Assembly (NCBI GenBank): GCA_000165425.1
Contig: CT868529.1
Coordinates: 372,001 to 434,853, forward strand
Reading direction: 5' to 3'
Source: Paramecium tetraurelia
Lineage: Eukaryota
Length of the DNA stretch: 62,853 bases
Shown here: in pieces, positions 26,101-39,721 of the stretch
Layout of the letters: each line of letters opens with the position of its first letter
Position numbering within the stretch: the stretch's first letter is position 1
Notes under the pieces: generated by a model
Databases searched by the model: none
What the model was told of the DNA's origin: nothing
The model's input: only the letters and a program-made list of their open reading frames with translations
Made by a program: the position numbers and the translations under genes

Positions 26101-29100
26101 TGGAGTGCTGGAGCAAATTTACATGATTCTAGTAGATCTTAATTTAGTTAGTATTTGAAAGGAAAGATCATTTCGCTATTTAGTGGATTCCCATTTGAAG
26201 GAGATGTCTACGATTATTATTGTGATTACACTACTAAGGAATTTAAACCTTGGACTGAGAAAATTTAAGAGTTTAAGTATAATTCAAGCATACCTTATTT
26301 CAATATCCTTGTACCAACAAGTGACACAGTCAAATTCAAATACTTGATCACTCAATTGATTGAAGGAGGATTCAATATTCTTCTATCAGGGGAAACTGGT
26401 ACTGGAAAAACAGTTATTATAAATGAATACTTGTATAGTTTAGAATCAGATAGGTTTGTCTTCTCTACACTTAACTTCTCTGCATAAACTAGTGCCAAGA
26501 ACTTATAAGATCTATTTATGGATAAGGATAAGTTCATGAAAAAGAAGAAAGATCTGTTAGGTCCACCAGCTGGTCGTAAAATGATCCTCTTTATTGATGA
26601 TGTTAACATGCCTGCATTGGAAAAGTATGGTGCACAACCACCAAATGAATTGTTTAGATAAATCATCGATTAAGGTGGATTCTATGATCTCAAGAAATTG
26701 TATTTCATGTATGTTAAGGATTGTCAATTCATTACAGCCTGTGCACCTCCTGGGGGTGGACGTAATCCTGTTACTCCTCGTCTATTCAGGCATTTCAACC
26801 AAACCTGGTGTCCTGATCTCTCTTAAAGATCTATGGAAGTCATTTTCACTGCTATTCTTAAAGGATTTCTTATGGAATAAAATAAAGGATTGGACAAATT
26901 TGCATCTTACATTGTCAAATCAAGTGTAGAAATCTACTTTAAAATTACCAAGGAGTTGTTACCTACTCCAACCAAGTCTCATTATACTTTCAATTTGAGA
27001 GATCTCAGCAAAGTTATCTAAGGAATATTATAAATTAGATATGACAATTTAACTAATAAGGAAATGCTCATTTAATTGTGGGCACATGAATCACAAAGAG
27101 TATTCTAAGATAGATTGGTTGATGACAAAGATAGAGATTGGTTTTTGACTCTTTTAATGGGACATACTCAGAGAGTCTTTGAATTTGAATGGGAAAAACC
27201 TCAAGTTTAGAATCTACTCTTTGGTGATTATAGCAACGCTAATAAGGATTATATTAGAATTGATAATCCATAAGAATTGCCACGTAAATTTTAGGACTTC
27301 TTAAATATGTATAATGCATCTCAAAAGCAAATGAATCTTGTGTTTTTCACTGATGCCATCATGCATCTTAGTAGATTATGCAGAATTCTGAGATAACCTA
27401 GAGGAAATGCACTTCTGATTGGTGTTGGTGGTTCAGGAAGACAATCACTAACTAAATTATCTGCCTAAACAAGAGGGTAAACTGTATTTAGCATAGAAAT
27501 TACTAAGAATTATAAAGAGTAATCATGGAAGGATGATCTTAAGAGATTATTAAAAACAGCAGGAGCTAAGGACTAACCTGTAGTATTCTTGTTCTCTGAT
27601 ACTTAAGTTGTTAGAGAATCATTTTTAGAAGATATCAACAACGTTCTTAATACTGGTGAAGTGCCTAATTTATGGGCAACTGAAGACATTGAAGAAATTA
27701 TCAATGATGTCAGACCATTGGCCAAGGAATAGGGATTATATGATTCCAGAGATGTTTTACTTAAATTCTTTGTAAGTAAAATAAGAGAGAATTTGCACAT
27801 TGTCTTAGCATTCTCACCTGTCGGAGAAAAGTTGAGAAACAGATGCAGATAATTCCCTTCAATTATTAATTGTTGTACAATTGATTGGTTTGATAAATGG
27901 CCAGATGAGGCACTTAATAGTGTTGCAATGAAAGATTTGGGAGGTTAGGAACATTTGGGCATTGGAGATTTTGTTGACAGCTTGGCTAGCATGTCTGTCA
28001 TTATCCATTCAGACGTGAAAACATATAGTGAAAGATTTTATGATGAATTAAGAAGAAAGAACTATGTTACACCTACAAGTTATTTGGAACTATTGAAGTT
28101 GTACATTGACATGATGAAGGTGTAATCAAATATATTACCTTAAAAAATAAAGAAATATACTGTTGGTTTATAAACTTTGAAAGACACTAATGAGGAGGTT
28201 GGAAAGTTGCAAAAGAAAATTATTGAATTTTAACCTATTCTTGAACAAAGTGCAAAAGATAATGCTAAAATGATGGTTGAATTAGAAGGCAAATCAAAAG
28301 AAGCGAATGCCACTGAATAAACAGTTTCAAAAGAAGCAGCAGAGGCATAGAAGAAGAAAGATGAAGTCAATGAAATGAGAAATTCCTGCTAGGCTGAACT
28401 AGATTAAGCATTGCCTATCTTAGAATAAGCATAAAAGGCAGTCTAGAGTATTGATAAAGCAGCTATTAATGAAATGAAAGCCTTAAAAACTCCACCAAAT
28501 CTAGTGTAAATTGTCATGTGTGCAGTCAACTTACTCTTTGATGAAAAGGAAGACTGGCCAACAGCTTAAAAAGTTCTTGGTCGTATGACATTTATTCAAG
28601 AAATGCTTGAATTCGATGTGACAAAGGTTCAAGAAAGAAGGTTACAGAAGTTGAAGTAAACTTATCTCAGCAATCCTGATTTCACTAAAGAAAAGATTAT
28701 GAATGTGTCATAAGCAGCTACAACTTTATTGGTATGGGTGGTCGCAACTGAAAAGTTTGCATAGGTTAAAAAGGTTGTTGGTCCGAAGGAGAAGGCATTA
28801 AAAGAAGCTGAAGCATCCTTGAAGAAGGTTGAATAAGAATTGGCAGTAAAGATGGGATAATTGAAGGAAGTGTAAGATATGGTTAATGAACTCAAGAGAA
28901 ATCTTTAGACTTCTATCAACAAATCAGAAATGTTAAGATAACAGTAATAGACAGCTGAGATTTAATTAGTCAGAGCAGAGAAGTTAGTTTCAGGATTGGC
29001 TAGTGAAGCTGAGAGATGGAAAGTTAATGCAGCTCTATTAGAAGAAGATTTAAGGAATTTAGTAGGAAATATTATGTTGGCTGCTGGTTCAATAGCATAT

Positions 29101-32100
29101 CTGGGACCATTTACATATAATTATAGATCTGAAATTATAGCCAAATGGATCAACAATTGTAAAGAGCTGAGTATTCCTGTGAGTGATAATTTCACTCTCT
29201 AAAGGATTTTAGCAGAAGAAGTAACTATAAGAGAATGGTAAGAAGCAGGATTACCTGCAGATAATTTATCAATTGATAATGGAATCTTTGTTTTCAACTG
29301 CAGAAGATGGCCCTTAATTATAGATCCCTAAGGTTAGGCTAATAAGTGGATTAAAGCACTAGGAAAGGAAACTAATTTACAAATTACAAAATTGAGTGAA
29401 AGTAATTTCTTGAAGACTCTTGAAAACTCCATTCGCTTTGGATAATAAGTTTTAATGGAAAATGTTGAAGAAGAACTAGATCCTTCTTTAGAACCTATAT
29501 TATAAAAATAAATCTTCAAAAAAGGAGCTCAATATCTATTACGTTTAGGTGACTAAGATATTCCATACAACAATGACTTCAAATTATATTTTACTACCAA
29601 ATTACCAAATCCTCATTACATACCTGAAATCAGTATTAAAACTACTATCATCAACTTTACAGTCACACCTTAAGGTTTAGAAGACTAATTATTGGTTGAA
29701 GTGGTGCGATAAGAAAGAATCGATTTGGAAGAGAAAAGAGTTAATTTGATTCTTTAAATATCCTAAGATAAGAGATAATTACAAGAATTGGAAGATAAGA
29801 TATTGAAGTTGATATCTGAGGCATAGGGTAGAATATTGGAAGAAGAAGATTTGATTACAACCTTGGATGCATCTAAAATTACATCTGATACAGTCAATTA
29901 ACGTATGGCTTAGTCTAAGGTTACAGCTGAGGAAATCAATTAAGCAAGAGAACAATATCGTATTATTGCTAGAAGAGGATCAGTCATTTACTTTGTAATT
30001 GCAGATCTTGCTTTGATAGATCCTATGTATCAATATTCTTTGGAGTTCTTTATTAGATTATTTAAAAAGCGATTAGAAGTAGCACCCAATCCTCCATCAT
30101 TAGAGGAAAGATTGGCAGTACTGATTGACGATATTACTAAAGCATTTTATATCAATATTTGCAGAGGATTGTTCGAAAAAGATAAATTGTTGTTTAGTTT
30201 TTTGATTGCTAGTAAAATCTAATTGTAGGCTCAATACATACATGCTAGAGAATGGAACATCTTTTTAAGAGGAGGCACTGGCACAGTACCTCATGAAGAA
30301 CACCCTTCATTTTTAAATGAGAAATCATGGAAGAATTGTATGATGCTAAGTAAACAATCCCATGTCTTTGCATAATTGCCAATGTCCTTAAGGGATAGTA
30401 ATGATGAATAATTATGGAGAGAAGTTATGGATGTTTAAGATCCATGGAAATGTGATTTACCCCTTGTGTTCCGTTCATTGGATCCATTTTAGAAGTTACT
30501 ATTATTCAAAACACTTAGAGATGAAAAATTGGTTATCTTAATTAAAAATTATGTGTCAGACACCTTAACATCATTCTTTATTGAACCACCTGTTTTCAAT
30601 TTGAAAGGTGCCTTCTAAGATTCATCTTGTACTACTCCAATAATATTCGTATTATCTCCAGGTGCTGATCCAATTACATATTTATTGAACTTGGCTAAAG
30701 ATATGGAAATGGAAACTAAACTAAAAATCATCTCATTAGGTCAAGGATAAGGTAATATTGCAAAGGAATTGATTAAGACTGGCAGAAGAACAGGAGATTG
30801 GGTATGTTTGTAGAATTGTCACTTGGCTATTACTTGGATGCCAGAATTAGAGAGAATTTAAGAATTGCAAGTAGAGGCAGACACTGATGCCAATTATAGA
30901 TTATGGTTAACCAGTATGCCTACTGATAAATTCCCTGTTCCTGTGTTACAGAGTGGTATTAAATTAACAAACGAACCACCCAAAGGATTAAAGGCCAATA
31001 TGATGAGAACTTATAATGATATATCTGGATATGATTCTTGCACTAAGTAGGATGAATATAAGAAACTCTTATTCTCCTTGGCTTTCTTCCATGCAGTTAT
31101 TTTGGAAAGGAGAAAGTTTGGACCCATTGGTTGGAATATTCCATATGAATGGATGAATTCAGATTTTGAAACTTGTTAATTACAATTGAAGATGTACTTG
31201 GATGAATAACCAGAAGTACCATACCAAACACTTAATTATATAATTTCAGAAATCAATTATGGTGGTAGAGTTACAGATGATAAGGATGTTAGATTGATTA
31301 CTGATCTACTCAAATAGTATTTCTGTCCAGCCATTCTGAATGATCCAAACTATATATTCTCATCTAGTGGTGTTTATCATCCTCCTTAGATTGTAGATTT
31401 GCAATCAGTTATTTAATATATTAGTTCATTGCCTTTGGAAGATGATCCAGAAGTATTTGGATTACATGCCAATGCAAATATTACATTCTAATAAAAAACA
31501 GTGGCTGAATTTATGAGTACCTTACTATCAGTGCAACCTAGAATGGTAGCAGAAAAGGGAGTAGAAGAAACACCTGATTAAATTGTGTTTAAGGTGGCCA
31601 AAGAAATACTAGGAAAATTGCCTCCAGTTCTAGTTCAGAAGAAAGAAGTGGCCATTGAATCATTAGCTATTTTTAGATCATAAGAAGTCGATCGTTTCAT
31701 TAAATTGGTTCGGGTTATGAAAAACTCATTGGAATTATTATAGAAGGCCATTCAAGGATTAGTTGTTATGTCAATAGAATTAGAAAAAATGTTCAATTCC
31801 TTCTTGGATGCTAAGGTCCCTGAAAATTGGGAGAATGTGGCCTATCCATCTCTAAAACCCTTAGGTTCCTGGGTTACGGATCTCAACTAAAGACTGGTAT
31901 TTATCAATGTATTATACTTTTAGGAATTCTTCAAATAGTGGCTCGAAAATGGATCTATGAAGTCGTATTGGTTATCAGCTATGTTCTTCCCTCAAGGTTT
32001 CATGACTGCCACTAAACAGACATATGCTCGTAAAACCAAGACTCCTATTGATACTTTGACATTCAGAACTTAAGTTAGGCCTTTCTACAAGGATAATATT

Positions 32101-32488
32101 TAAGATGTTCCCTAAGATGGTATTTAATGATCTCATATATTTAGGTGTCAATATTGATGGTCTATATTTACAAGGATGCAAATGGGATGTAGGAACTAAT
32201 CAATTGGAGGAATCTGATCCTTTAGTTTTGTTCCAAGAAATGCCAGTTGTTTGGTAATAATTTAAATTCTATTAGAATAGGCTTGAACCTGTAATAGCAT
32301 CAACTTAGAATCAAAATTCTTAGAAATTCTATAAATGTCCTCTTTACAAGACTTCCACTAGAAGGGGAACTCTATCAACAACAGGTCATTCAACCAACTT
32401 TGTGTTATATTTGGAATTAACTACAGGTGTGGAACCAGCCGTTTGGACTAGACGTGGAGTTGCTCTATTATGTCAACTCGATGATTGA
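20116..32488 (+). CDS. Axonemal inner-arm dynein heavy chain, DNAH6-like (contains apparent frameshifts)
   Basis: P-loops GPAGTGKT (~24496), GLTGTGKT (~25342), GETGTGKT (~26389), GVGGSGRQS (27421). Also [37 protein letters not shown], and the C-terminal [23 protein letters not shown]...[14 protein letters not shown]. Confidence 0.96.
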
Positions 32489-32611
32489 TTTTCATTTATC
32501 AATAATTATAAATTTAACTTAATAAGGTGTTATTGGTTATTATGCATTCTTCTCTTGGAAATTTGATACATAATTTGCTTTTAAAAACATAAATTTTATT
32601 TTTGTTTGTAA

Positions 32612-34175
32612 ATGTCGAATCGCTTAAACTACAAGTCATATTCATATAATCATTCTAGTTTTGCTCTGGTCTTTCGTTGCAAAGTTCTTTTGACAAGAAT
32701 CAAATCATCCTAAAAGGAAATTAATAGGATCCTGTTTCTTCATTGTAATAAGAAAACCTAATCAATTTTGGGAATACTGAATAAAAGCGAAGAAATAATT
32801 GTTCTGGAGATCGCTTTATTCCAACCATAAAAAAGAAATTTAGCATCCTCAGTGAAACCAAGGCACCTGCTCAAGACATAGCTTCATCTTAAGCAGCTCT
32901 TGAAATGCTCTATAAATAATAGATTTTAAATTAGGACCCTATTATGGAATCTGAGAGTGGTTCACTTAAATTTATTAATCAAAACAACTTTCAATACAAG
33001 AATGAGCATGTACATTACATCGATTCTATTGATCCCAAAAATTATAATAGGTATTAATTTAAATAAATTAGTCCTCTTGTTGATCATAAATACTTTGCAT
33101 TACCAGAAACCATATCCAGTTAATATGGAAAATACATAAGAAAAATTCCCAAAGCGCCATTTAAAGTTTTAGATGCTCCTTAATTATAAGATGATTTCTA
33201 TTTAAACCTCATAGATTGGAGCAACTATAACACGTTATCAGTAGCTCTCAACAACAGTGTTTATTTATGGTACCTTTTATATAATACAATCAAATTAGGA
33301 ATGCTTAATCATAAAAAGTTACGAAACTGCTAGATCTTTGCAATGATGTAGTAACGAGTGTTGGATGGTCATTAAGAGGACCATTGTTAGGAGTTGGAAC
33401 TAACAATGGAGAAGTCTAAATATGGGATGTTTGTAAGTTACAAAAAGTGAGAACGTTTAAAAGTCATACTGACAAGAGTTGGGACCCTTTGTTTTGCTGA
33501 AGGTATTCTAAGTAGTGGTTCAAGAGATAAATCAATAATTTAAAGAGATATAAGATAAAAAGAAGACTATATTTTCATATCTATCGCACATAAGTAAGAA
33601 GTTTGTGGATTAAAATGGTCTCCTGATAGCTAATTATTAGCTTCAGGTGGAAATGACAATAAATTATACATTTGGAGTGCAGCTTAATATGATAAACCAA
33701 TATTTAAATTTTAATGAACATCAAGCAGCTGTTAAAGCTATAGCTTGGAGTCCACATTAACATGGGTTATTAGCAAGTGGTGGTGGAACTGCAGATAAAA
33801 CTATTAGATTCTGGAATGCTTTAGAAGGCAGAATGTTACTCAAACAGATAGATAGCTGGAAGTTAAGTCTGTAATTTAATGTTCAGCAAAATGGAAAATG
33901 AATTTATTTCAACACATGGCTATAGTCAAAATTAGATTATACTATGGAAATGCAATGGTATGAAAAGAATTGCCACTTTAGTTGGTCATACTAGTCGGTA
34001 TATATATTTATTACAATTAAGTGTGTTATATCTGGCGATGTCTCCTGATGGTTATACCATAGTGACCGGAGCTGGAGATGAGACTTTGAGATTTTGGAGT
34101 ATCTATACATAATCAATGGGTAATTAATAAAATAGCAAATGCTAATTAGCACCGCACAATATCAGTATTCGTTGA
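32612..34175 (+). CDS. Cdc20/Fizzy-related WD40 APC/C activator (start uncertain, 32542 or 32612)
   Basis: C-box [69 protein letters not shown], and a C-terminal IR tail. Confidence 0.93.
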
Positions 34176-34285
34176 TATAAACTAATTTTATACTCATTTT
34201 TGTTATTAATAATCCTTTAAAATAATTTGATAGAAATTGAAGAGTCAATAGATTTGGTTACTTTAATTTTATAGATATATATATA

Positions 34286-35289
34286 TCATTAAAGCCATGG
34301 AATTTATAGTATTTGCTATGCTGATGGTCTATCATTTGCATTTATTTGCAACATACTCTTCACCAGTTTGAAAAGCTCTACTTCGTATTTATTCCAATGT
34401 GCTTTTGCAAATGATATCTTTGCTGGTTGATTCTAGTTTTAAGGCATCAGATTTGGTGAATATGCCATGATCATTTGATGAATCACTATGCCAAAACACC
34501 ATATATCCATTTTAGGATCTGCTTAAGAGCCTATAGCTAATTCAGGTGGCATCATAGGTTATCTTTTTTTGATGAACTCATAATGAAAGGCATCCAGAAT
34601 GTCACCCTTTCTTTAGATATTCCCAAAATCTCCAATTTTGACCTCTATTTAATTATTTAGATACTGTTCTAATTAGATCCTCCAGTCCTCTTGTACATTG
34701 CAAAGTCTCTATTCTAATATCCATATGAACATAATCTCACATATTTAGACAAATTACTTAAATTATGCAAATAGTTGAGTCCTTCCGCTATATCTTATAT
34801 ATAAGATCTTAATTTAATCATATTCGTTATAGGACGAGCTTACTAAAAGTTTAAAAAACAATTGTACTTCTAGGATTGCTTTCTTAAAGTAGTTTGCTTC
34901 ATTTAAGAATTCTAATACTATTTTCTTCTCCTCATAGTTCTGCTCTTTAACCTAAATGCTAGATTAAGCTAGTACTTTCACAATATTGGGGTGATCTAAA
35001 GTTGGATGTATCTCAAATTATTTGATGACTTAGGCTCTCCAAGTTGGATCCTACAAGGCTTCAATTTAGAGTTATTTTACAAACACCTATGCATTTTAAA
35101 CAAATATTCTACTTTATTAAAATCCCAATCTAATGCAACTATGTTCTTGTTGAATTTCGATGGTTCAAATTCCTCTAGTTAACTGTAACTCTTTTTAGGA
35201 GGCATCCAGTTCTCATCATCTGAATCAATAATTTCTCCAAAATTTTACGGAAGTTGGTATTACTTTAATGAATCATCTGAATCACTCAT
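34286..35289 (-). CDS. Divergent protein kinase-fold protein (probable pseudokinase)
   Basis: VFVK, LDHPNIVK, IAEGLNYLH, HMDIRIET, KIGDFG, MPPE, DIWCFG, RPSAQQIL..PWL. About 5 short introns. Confidence 0.85.
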
Positions 35290-35361
35290 CACAATTTTTA
35301 TAATATATTAAAAAATAAGTGCGAAAATTTTGAATTCAAAACCCATCTGGCAATAAGTCAA

Positions 35362-35937
35362 TCAGAGTCTTAATTCTTGTATGTATTCTTAAATCCTTTT
35401 CATCTCTCCTTGTTTGTGATCCATTTTTTTTCCCCTTCCTTTCAGATTTCAAAGCCTACATACTTTCCTAAACTTTCTTCTCTAATAATTGCACTATCAA
35501 AGCATCTTTCTATTTTGCTTAAGATTTCAGTAAATGATTCTCATTCATCAAAGTTTTAAGAATTTAGGTTTAGAAAACTCTTTAAGAATCACTCCTAATA
35601 GCCATTTCAAATGTTAATATTTTGTGATTTTATAAAAATTATCATTTTATTAGAAAATGTGTAAAATATCTCACTAATTTTCTCTTATAAAACTATTAAA
35701 AACCTAATCTCCCTCTCCGTAACTTGTATTAATTGACTCAGTTTAGTCTAAATAATAATTAGGATTAAAATTATCAATGTTTTCATCTATATAAGGAATC
35801 AGGCATGGTATTCAAAGAGTTAACTAAATATGTAGTTTGATTTTGTTTGGTTGTGTAATTCCTAATGCTTTTAATTTAGTAATTTGACTTTCATCAAGAT
35901 CTCTATACAATTTTTCAATAATTTTGTTCATATTCAT
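35362..35937 (-). CDS. Hypothetical coiled-coil protein (exon structure unresolved)
   Basis: Clean terminal exon ...QLLEKKVQESMQALKSERKGKKMDHKQGEMKRIQEYIQELRL-TGA. The upstream part is uncertain. Confidence 0.4.
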
Positions 35938-36101
35938 CAAGGAATAAGAGATTCTGAATTTATTAAGTATTTTTCCTTGTCAATTCTTGGATAATTTTGC
36001 ATGGAAATGTTTGGACTAATGATTTACTAATTTTCTATTCTTATTATAATATATCTATATTTATTAAGTTTCTTAGCCCGCTATAATTAAATTTTTTTTT
36101 A

Positions 36102-36578
36102 ATGTTGTAAGAAAATTAAAGGGAAAATGAGAAAAAGTAGTATTCAATGTTCTATCAAGAGGATGAAAGATCAAAGAGCCATTTCTTAAATTAATAATAC
36201 CTCACTAATTTCTTTGAATTTACTAATCATTTCAAGGATGCTGATTTACCAAATTAAGGAAAATAGGAAGAAAAAAACCAACCTAAATTCCCCATAATTA
36301 TATAATATGAGCAAGAACCTAGATATGTAAATCAGAAATAGTAATTTAATATATTAATTCTTAGATATAGACGAATCATGATTCGAAGAATTAAAAGAGC
36401 TTAATAAGCATTAAAACTCGAGGAATTAAGAAAAGAATAAGCAACAAAGGTTTTGGATAAATCCAATTAAAAATATATATATGAATCAAGGCATTAGCAT
36501 GCACTAAAAAGAGAAAGAGGACCAGATGGAAAATTTTTAAAAAAGCAGAATTCTGCCGAGTCTCCACCAAAACTATGA
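36102..36578 (+). CDS. CCAAT-binding factor subunit NF-YA/HAP2
   Basis: EPRYVNQKQ|YRRIMIRRIKRA...KYIYESRHQHALKRERGPDGKF. One intron at about 36341-36364. Confidence 0.93.
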
Positions 36579-37082
36579 GTTCATTCTTTGTGTATTTGCT
36601 TTTTCTTTTGTTAATTATTATAATAATCTAATAAAAAGGAATAATTTTCACAACTTGAAAAATATGTTTTTTAAATTAATTGAAAAATAGCATAACACTA
36701 AAAAAGAATAGTAAATTTCTGTTTTTGTATCTTAAATTCTCTTCAATAATTGCATAAATAGATTTTATTTCAAAATCTACAATTTGAATAGCTTCATTCT
36801 CTACAGATTGATTGCTGTATATCTATAAAATTTAAATTAAGAACATTGATGATGTCAAATCTAAATTAAAAAAGGTTGTCCTCAGAAAATCAAGAAAAAG
36901 CTGTATGTAGTATTCAACACAAAGAATTGAAATACAATAATCATTTCCTACGTATTGTAATGATCCAAAGCAATAATAAATTCTATAATATATATTTGAA
37001 ATTGAGTTTATATTTTAAGTCTCGATAGATATGATGTAAGAATAATCTATCATAATTTATATATCAAATAGATGATCAAAAA

Positions 37083-39013
37083 TCATAATGATATCTAAAT
37101 TCCAAATTTTTTAAGTTCGTCTATCTTTTTTTTTGCCTTGGCAGCTGTAAAATTGTTTTAATTCACATATATGCTTTTCAATTATGTTTGACCATTTTAT
37201 CTCAAATGAGTTAAAATATTATCAAGACATTTTTCTGTCAATATGTTTTGTTATAGATGTAATGTATTAATTCTATTAATATAAAAATAACAATTACTTG
37301 GTTTGAGTGATATTCAAAACCAACTTATAGAGCAGATCATCTGTCAATTTGCATTTACTTAATTTTAAGACCTTTACAGTTTGAGTTCCCTTTAAGTAAT
37401 CTCCCAAGATTTGTATAATCTAGTCATTAAAATCTAGGTAAAAATATTATTATTACCAATAGAACTTAGATCAATAATTTCACTTTTGTCTTAATGAATA
37501 ATACTAAAAGTATTTGATAGTTTATCATTCATTTTTTGATTGTTAGTAAATTTCTTCTATGATTTTGAATTGCTATTTTAATTATTATTGCTAATTTTAG
37601 ATTGTTTCTAAACAAGAATTTAAGAAACATCCAACAATTCGTGATGTGACAAAGTCATACTTCTTTCTTTAAACTTTATTGGTTGGTTTTGATTTGATGT
37701 AAAATTGGTTGATTTTGTCATATCTTGAGAAGGTGAAGTAGGTTGGGTAGGTTATTATGATTAAGAAAATATACCAGAATATCTTTTTCCTTTTGCTACA
37801 TCTATTTACAATGGTTTATGCTATTCATATTGTTAGAATATTTCTTCTTACAGTTACCTATCATCTAATAAAAAGTCCGATTGATCAATCTTTTTTATAG
37901 GATCTTTCTCCTCTAGAATGGATTCTAGAGGTTGAATAAATTCCTATTTAATCACTTCGGATTTTGTTTTGTTCAATCCCATCATTTTGGTGATGTAATT
38001 TATGATAATCTAAATAGGAACTTGGACATCTAGTTAATTGTAAGTTTATTCAATTTTGATCTTGATTTGTTCTTTAATCTTATCAAATTGGGATATCAAA
38101 ATCTCACCTTATTTAACTATTTGATCATCAAATTTGAGGTTTTTTTATTCTTAAGAATCTTCCAATAATAGACTTAATTAGATATTTGCCTAATTTAGCC
38201 ATTTATCAGCTTCAATCTATAAGGAAATGAATTCTGAATCAAGTTTATTAGAGTGGTGTTCAATGGAATTTTAGTAATTAAGTTCAACCTTATGCAATAC
38301 TTGTAATTTAATGTCTCCAATAGATTTAATAAGGTCATCAAATTATAATTCTATAAGAGATTTTAAACAATTTTATTATTAATTAAGTCCAAGAACCAGT
38401 AATTGCTTAAATTATTCTTAACTATTTCTTTCAATCTGTATTTGTTTGTACACATTTGATATTTGTTGGACTGCCAATTCTATCTATTTGAGATATTATT
38501 CAATGGGAAGATAATTATGAAATTTATGTGGACCAAATAATGCACAATTTACACAAATATACTAGCCATCTTCTTGACAGACTAATTCTAGTTCCTTTTA
38601 ATGCAATTTGCATAGACTAGTTTTAGGCAATGCTTCCTACGATTAAGAATGAGAAAGGCCCTTTTCGCTTGAAAAATCACTAACATCCTTCGTTTAATTG
38701 TGAATCTGTTGTTATTGTTCATCAGGTGTTTGAATGGTTGTAATACATCTACCTGATGATCGTCGTTTCTTGAGTAATGCAATAATGCTTTGATTATGGG
38801 GGAAACATTTGATATCTCTTGGGACATTGCATTATATTCTTAAATAAATCTAATAGATGTGTACCCGTCTTCTTTGCAAACCAAGGATTACTCTCCAGAT
38901 GTATATTAATTGACACAAGACAAACAAATGGAATGACCACAGCTTGGCAAGACAAGAGGCGAATGATCAGTCTGATTGAACTCTATCGAACATTAACAAC
39001 ACTAAAATTCCAT
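37083..39013 (-). CDS. RING finger + B-box + coiled-coil protein with C-terminal LRR-like repeats
   Basis: CCQCSIEF...PLVLPSCGHSICLSC...LVCKED; B-box CKLHQKELELVCQEDGQYICVNCALFGPHKFH. C-terminal KVLKLSKCKLTDD and LHLQQNILTE. Confidence 0.85.
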
Positions 39014-39053
39014 TAATATTTTATATTTTTTAATGTACTATGATATAAAATTT

Positions 39054-39550
39054 TCATCTGTAACTCTTTTATCTTCTGGCTCTAGCACCCTTACCACCAT
39101 ACTTTCTTGGCTCACATCTTCTTGGATCAGCAACCAAAAGTGATCTATCATATTATAACAATAGATCTTTGATTTCTCTCTTTTAAGTTTCATCAATGTA
39201 TTTTTGATAGTAAGCAACGATGCCTTTGCTGATGGCCTAAATAATATTTAAGATTGCTAATTCTACCTATCTAATGGCATAAATTTAAGCAGTGCTTCCT
39301 CCACCTCTAACTGTGACTCTGATATCCAATCTGCCTGTTCTGACTTAACCAAGAAGTAATAATGGTTCGAGAGCCTTTTATCTCAATGGGGCTGGATTGA
39401 CTAATTCAATTGGAGCTCCATTCACTCTTACCAAACCTTATTTTATTGTATTACAGTACCCTTTCCTTCTCTAACACTTGCACTGGCGACAGCATTCTTC
39501 TTTCTTCCAAAGGTTTGAACCAATTTTGATTTTATTTGAGGAGTTGACAT
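39054..39550 (-). CDS. RPS16: 40S ribosomal protein S16 (uS9)
   Basis: VQTFGRKKNAVA...LDIRVTVRGGGSTAQIYAIRQ|AISKG...[32 protein letters not shown]. Two introns. Confidence 0.98.
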
Positions 39551-39721
39551 ATCCAAGAATTAAATAATTTAATTTAATCAATTTTTCATTATATTTATAA
39601 ACCTATGAGAATTTCAATTAAAAGCAGCCTCAACCACTCATCTGCTTATCTAATTAAAGGGTGCTCTAAATACATTAATAAAGAGATTGTTTTAAATAAT
39701 ATTTGAATTGATTCTAATAAT

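Noticed and set aside
26352..32181. Antisense and off-frame ORFs in the track within the dynein gene
   Set aside because: They are shadows of the dynein coding sequence.
39620..39650. SECIS element
   Set aside because: Only ~6 nt lie between ATGA and GA (no helix II or AA loop), and there is no in-frame TGA selenoprotein upstream.
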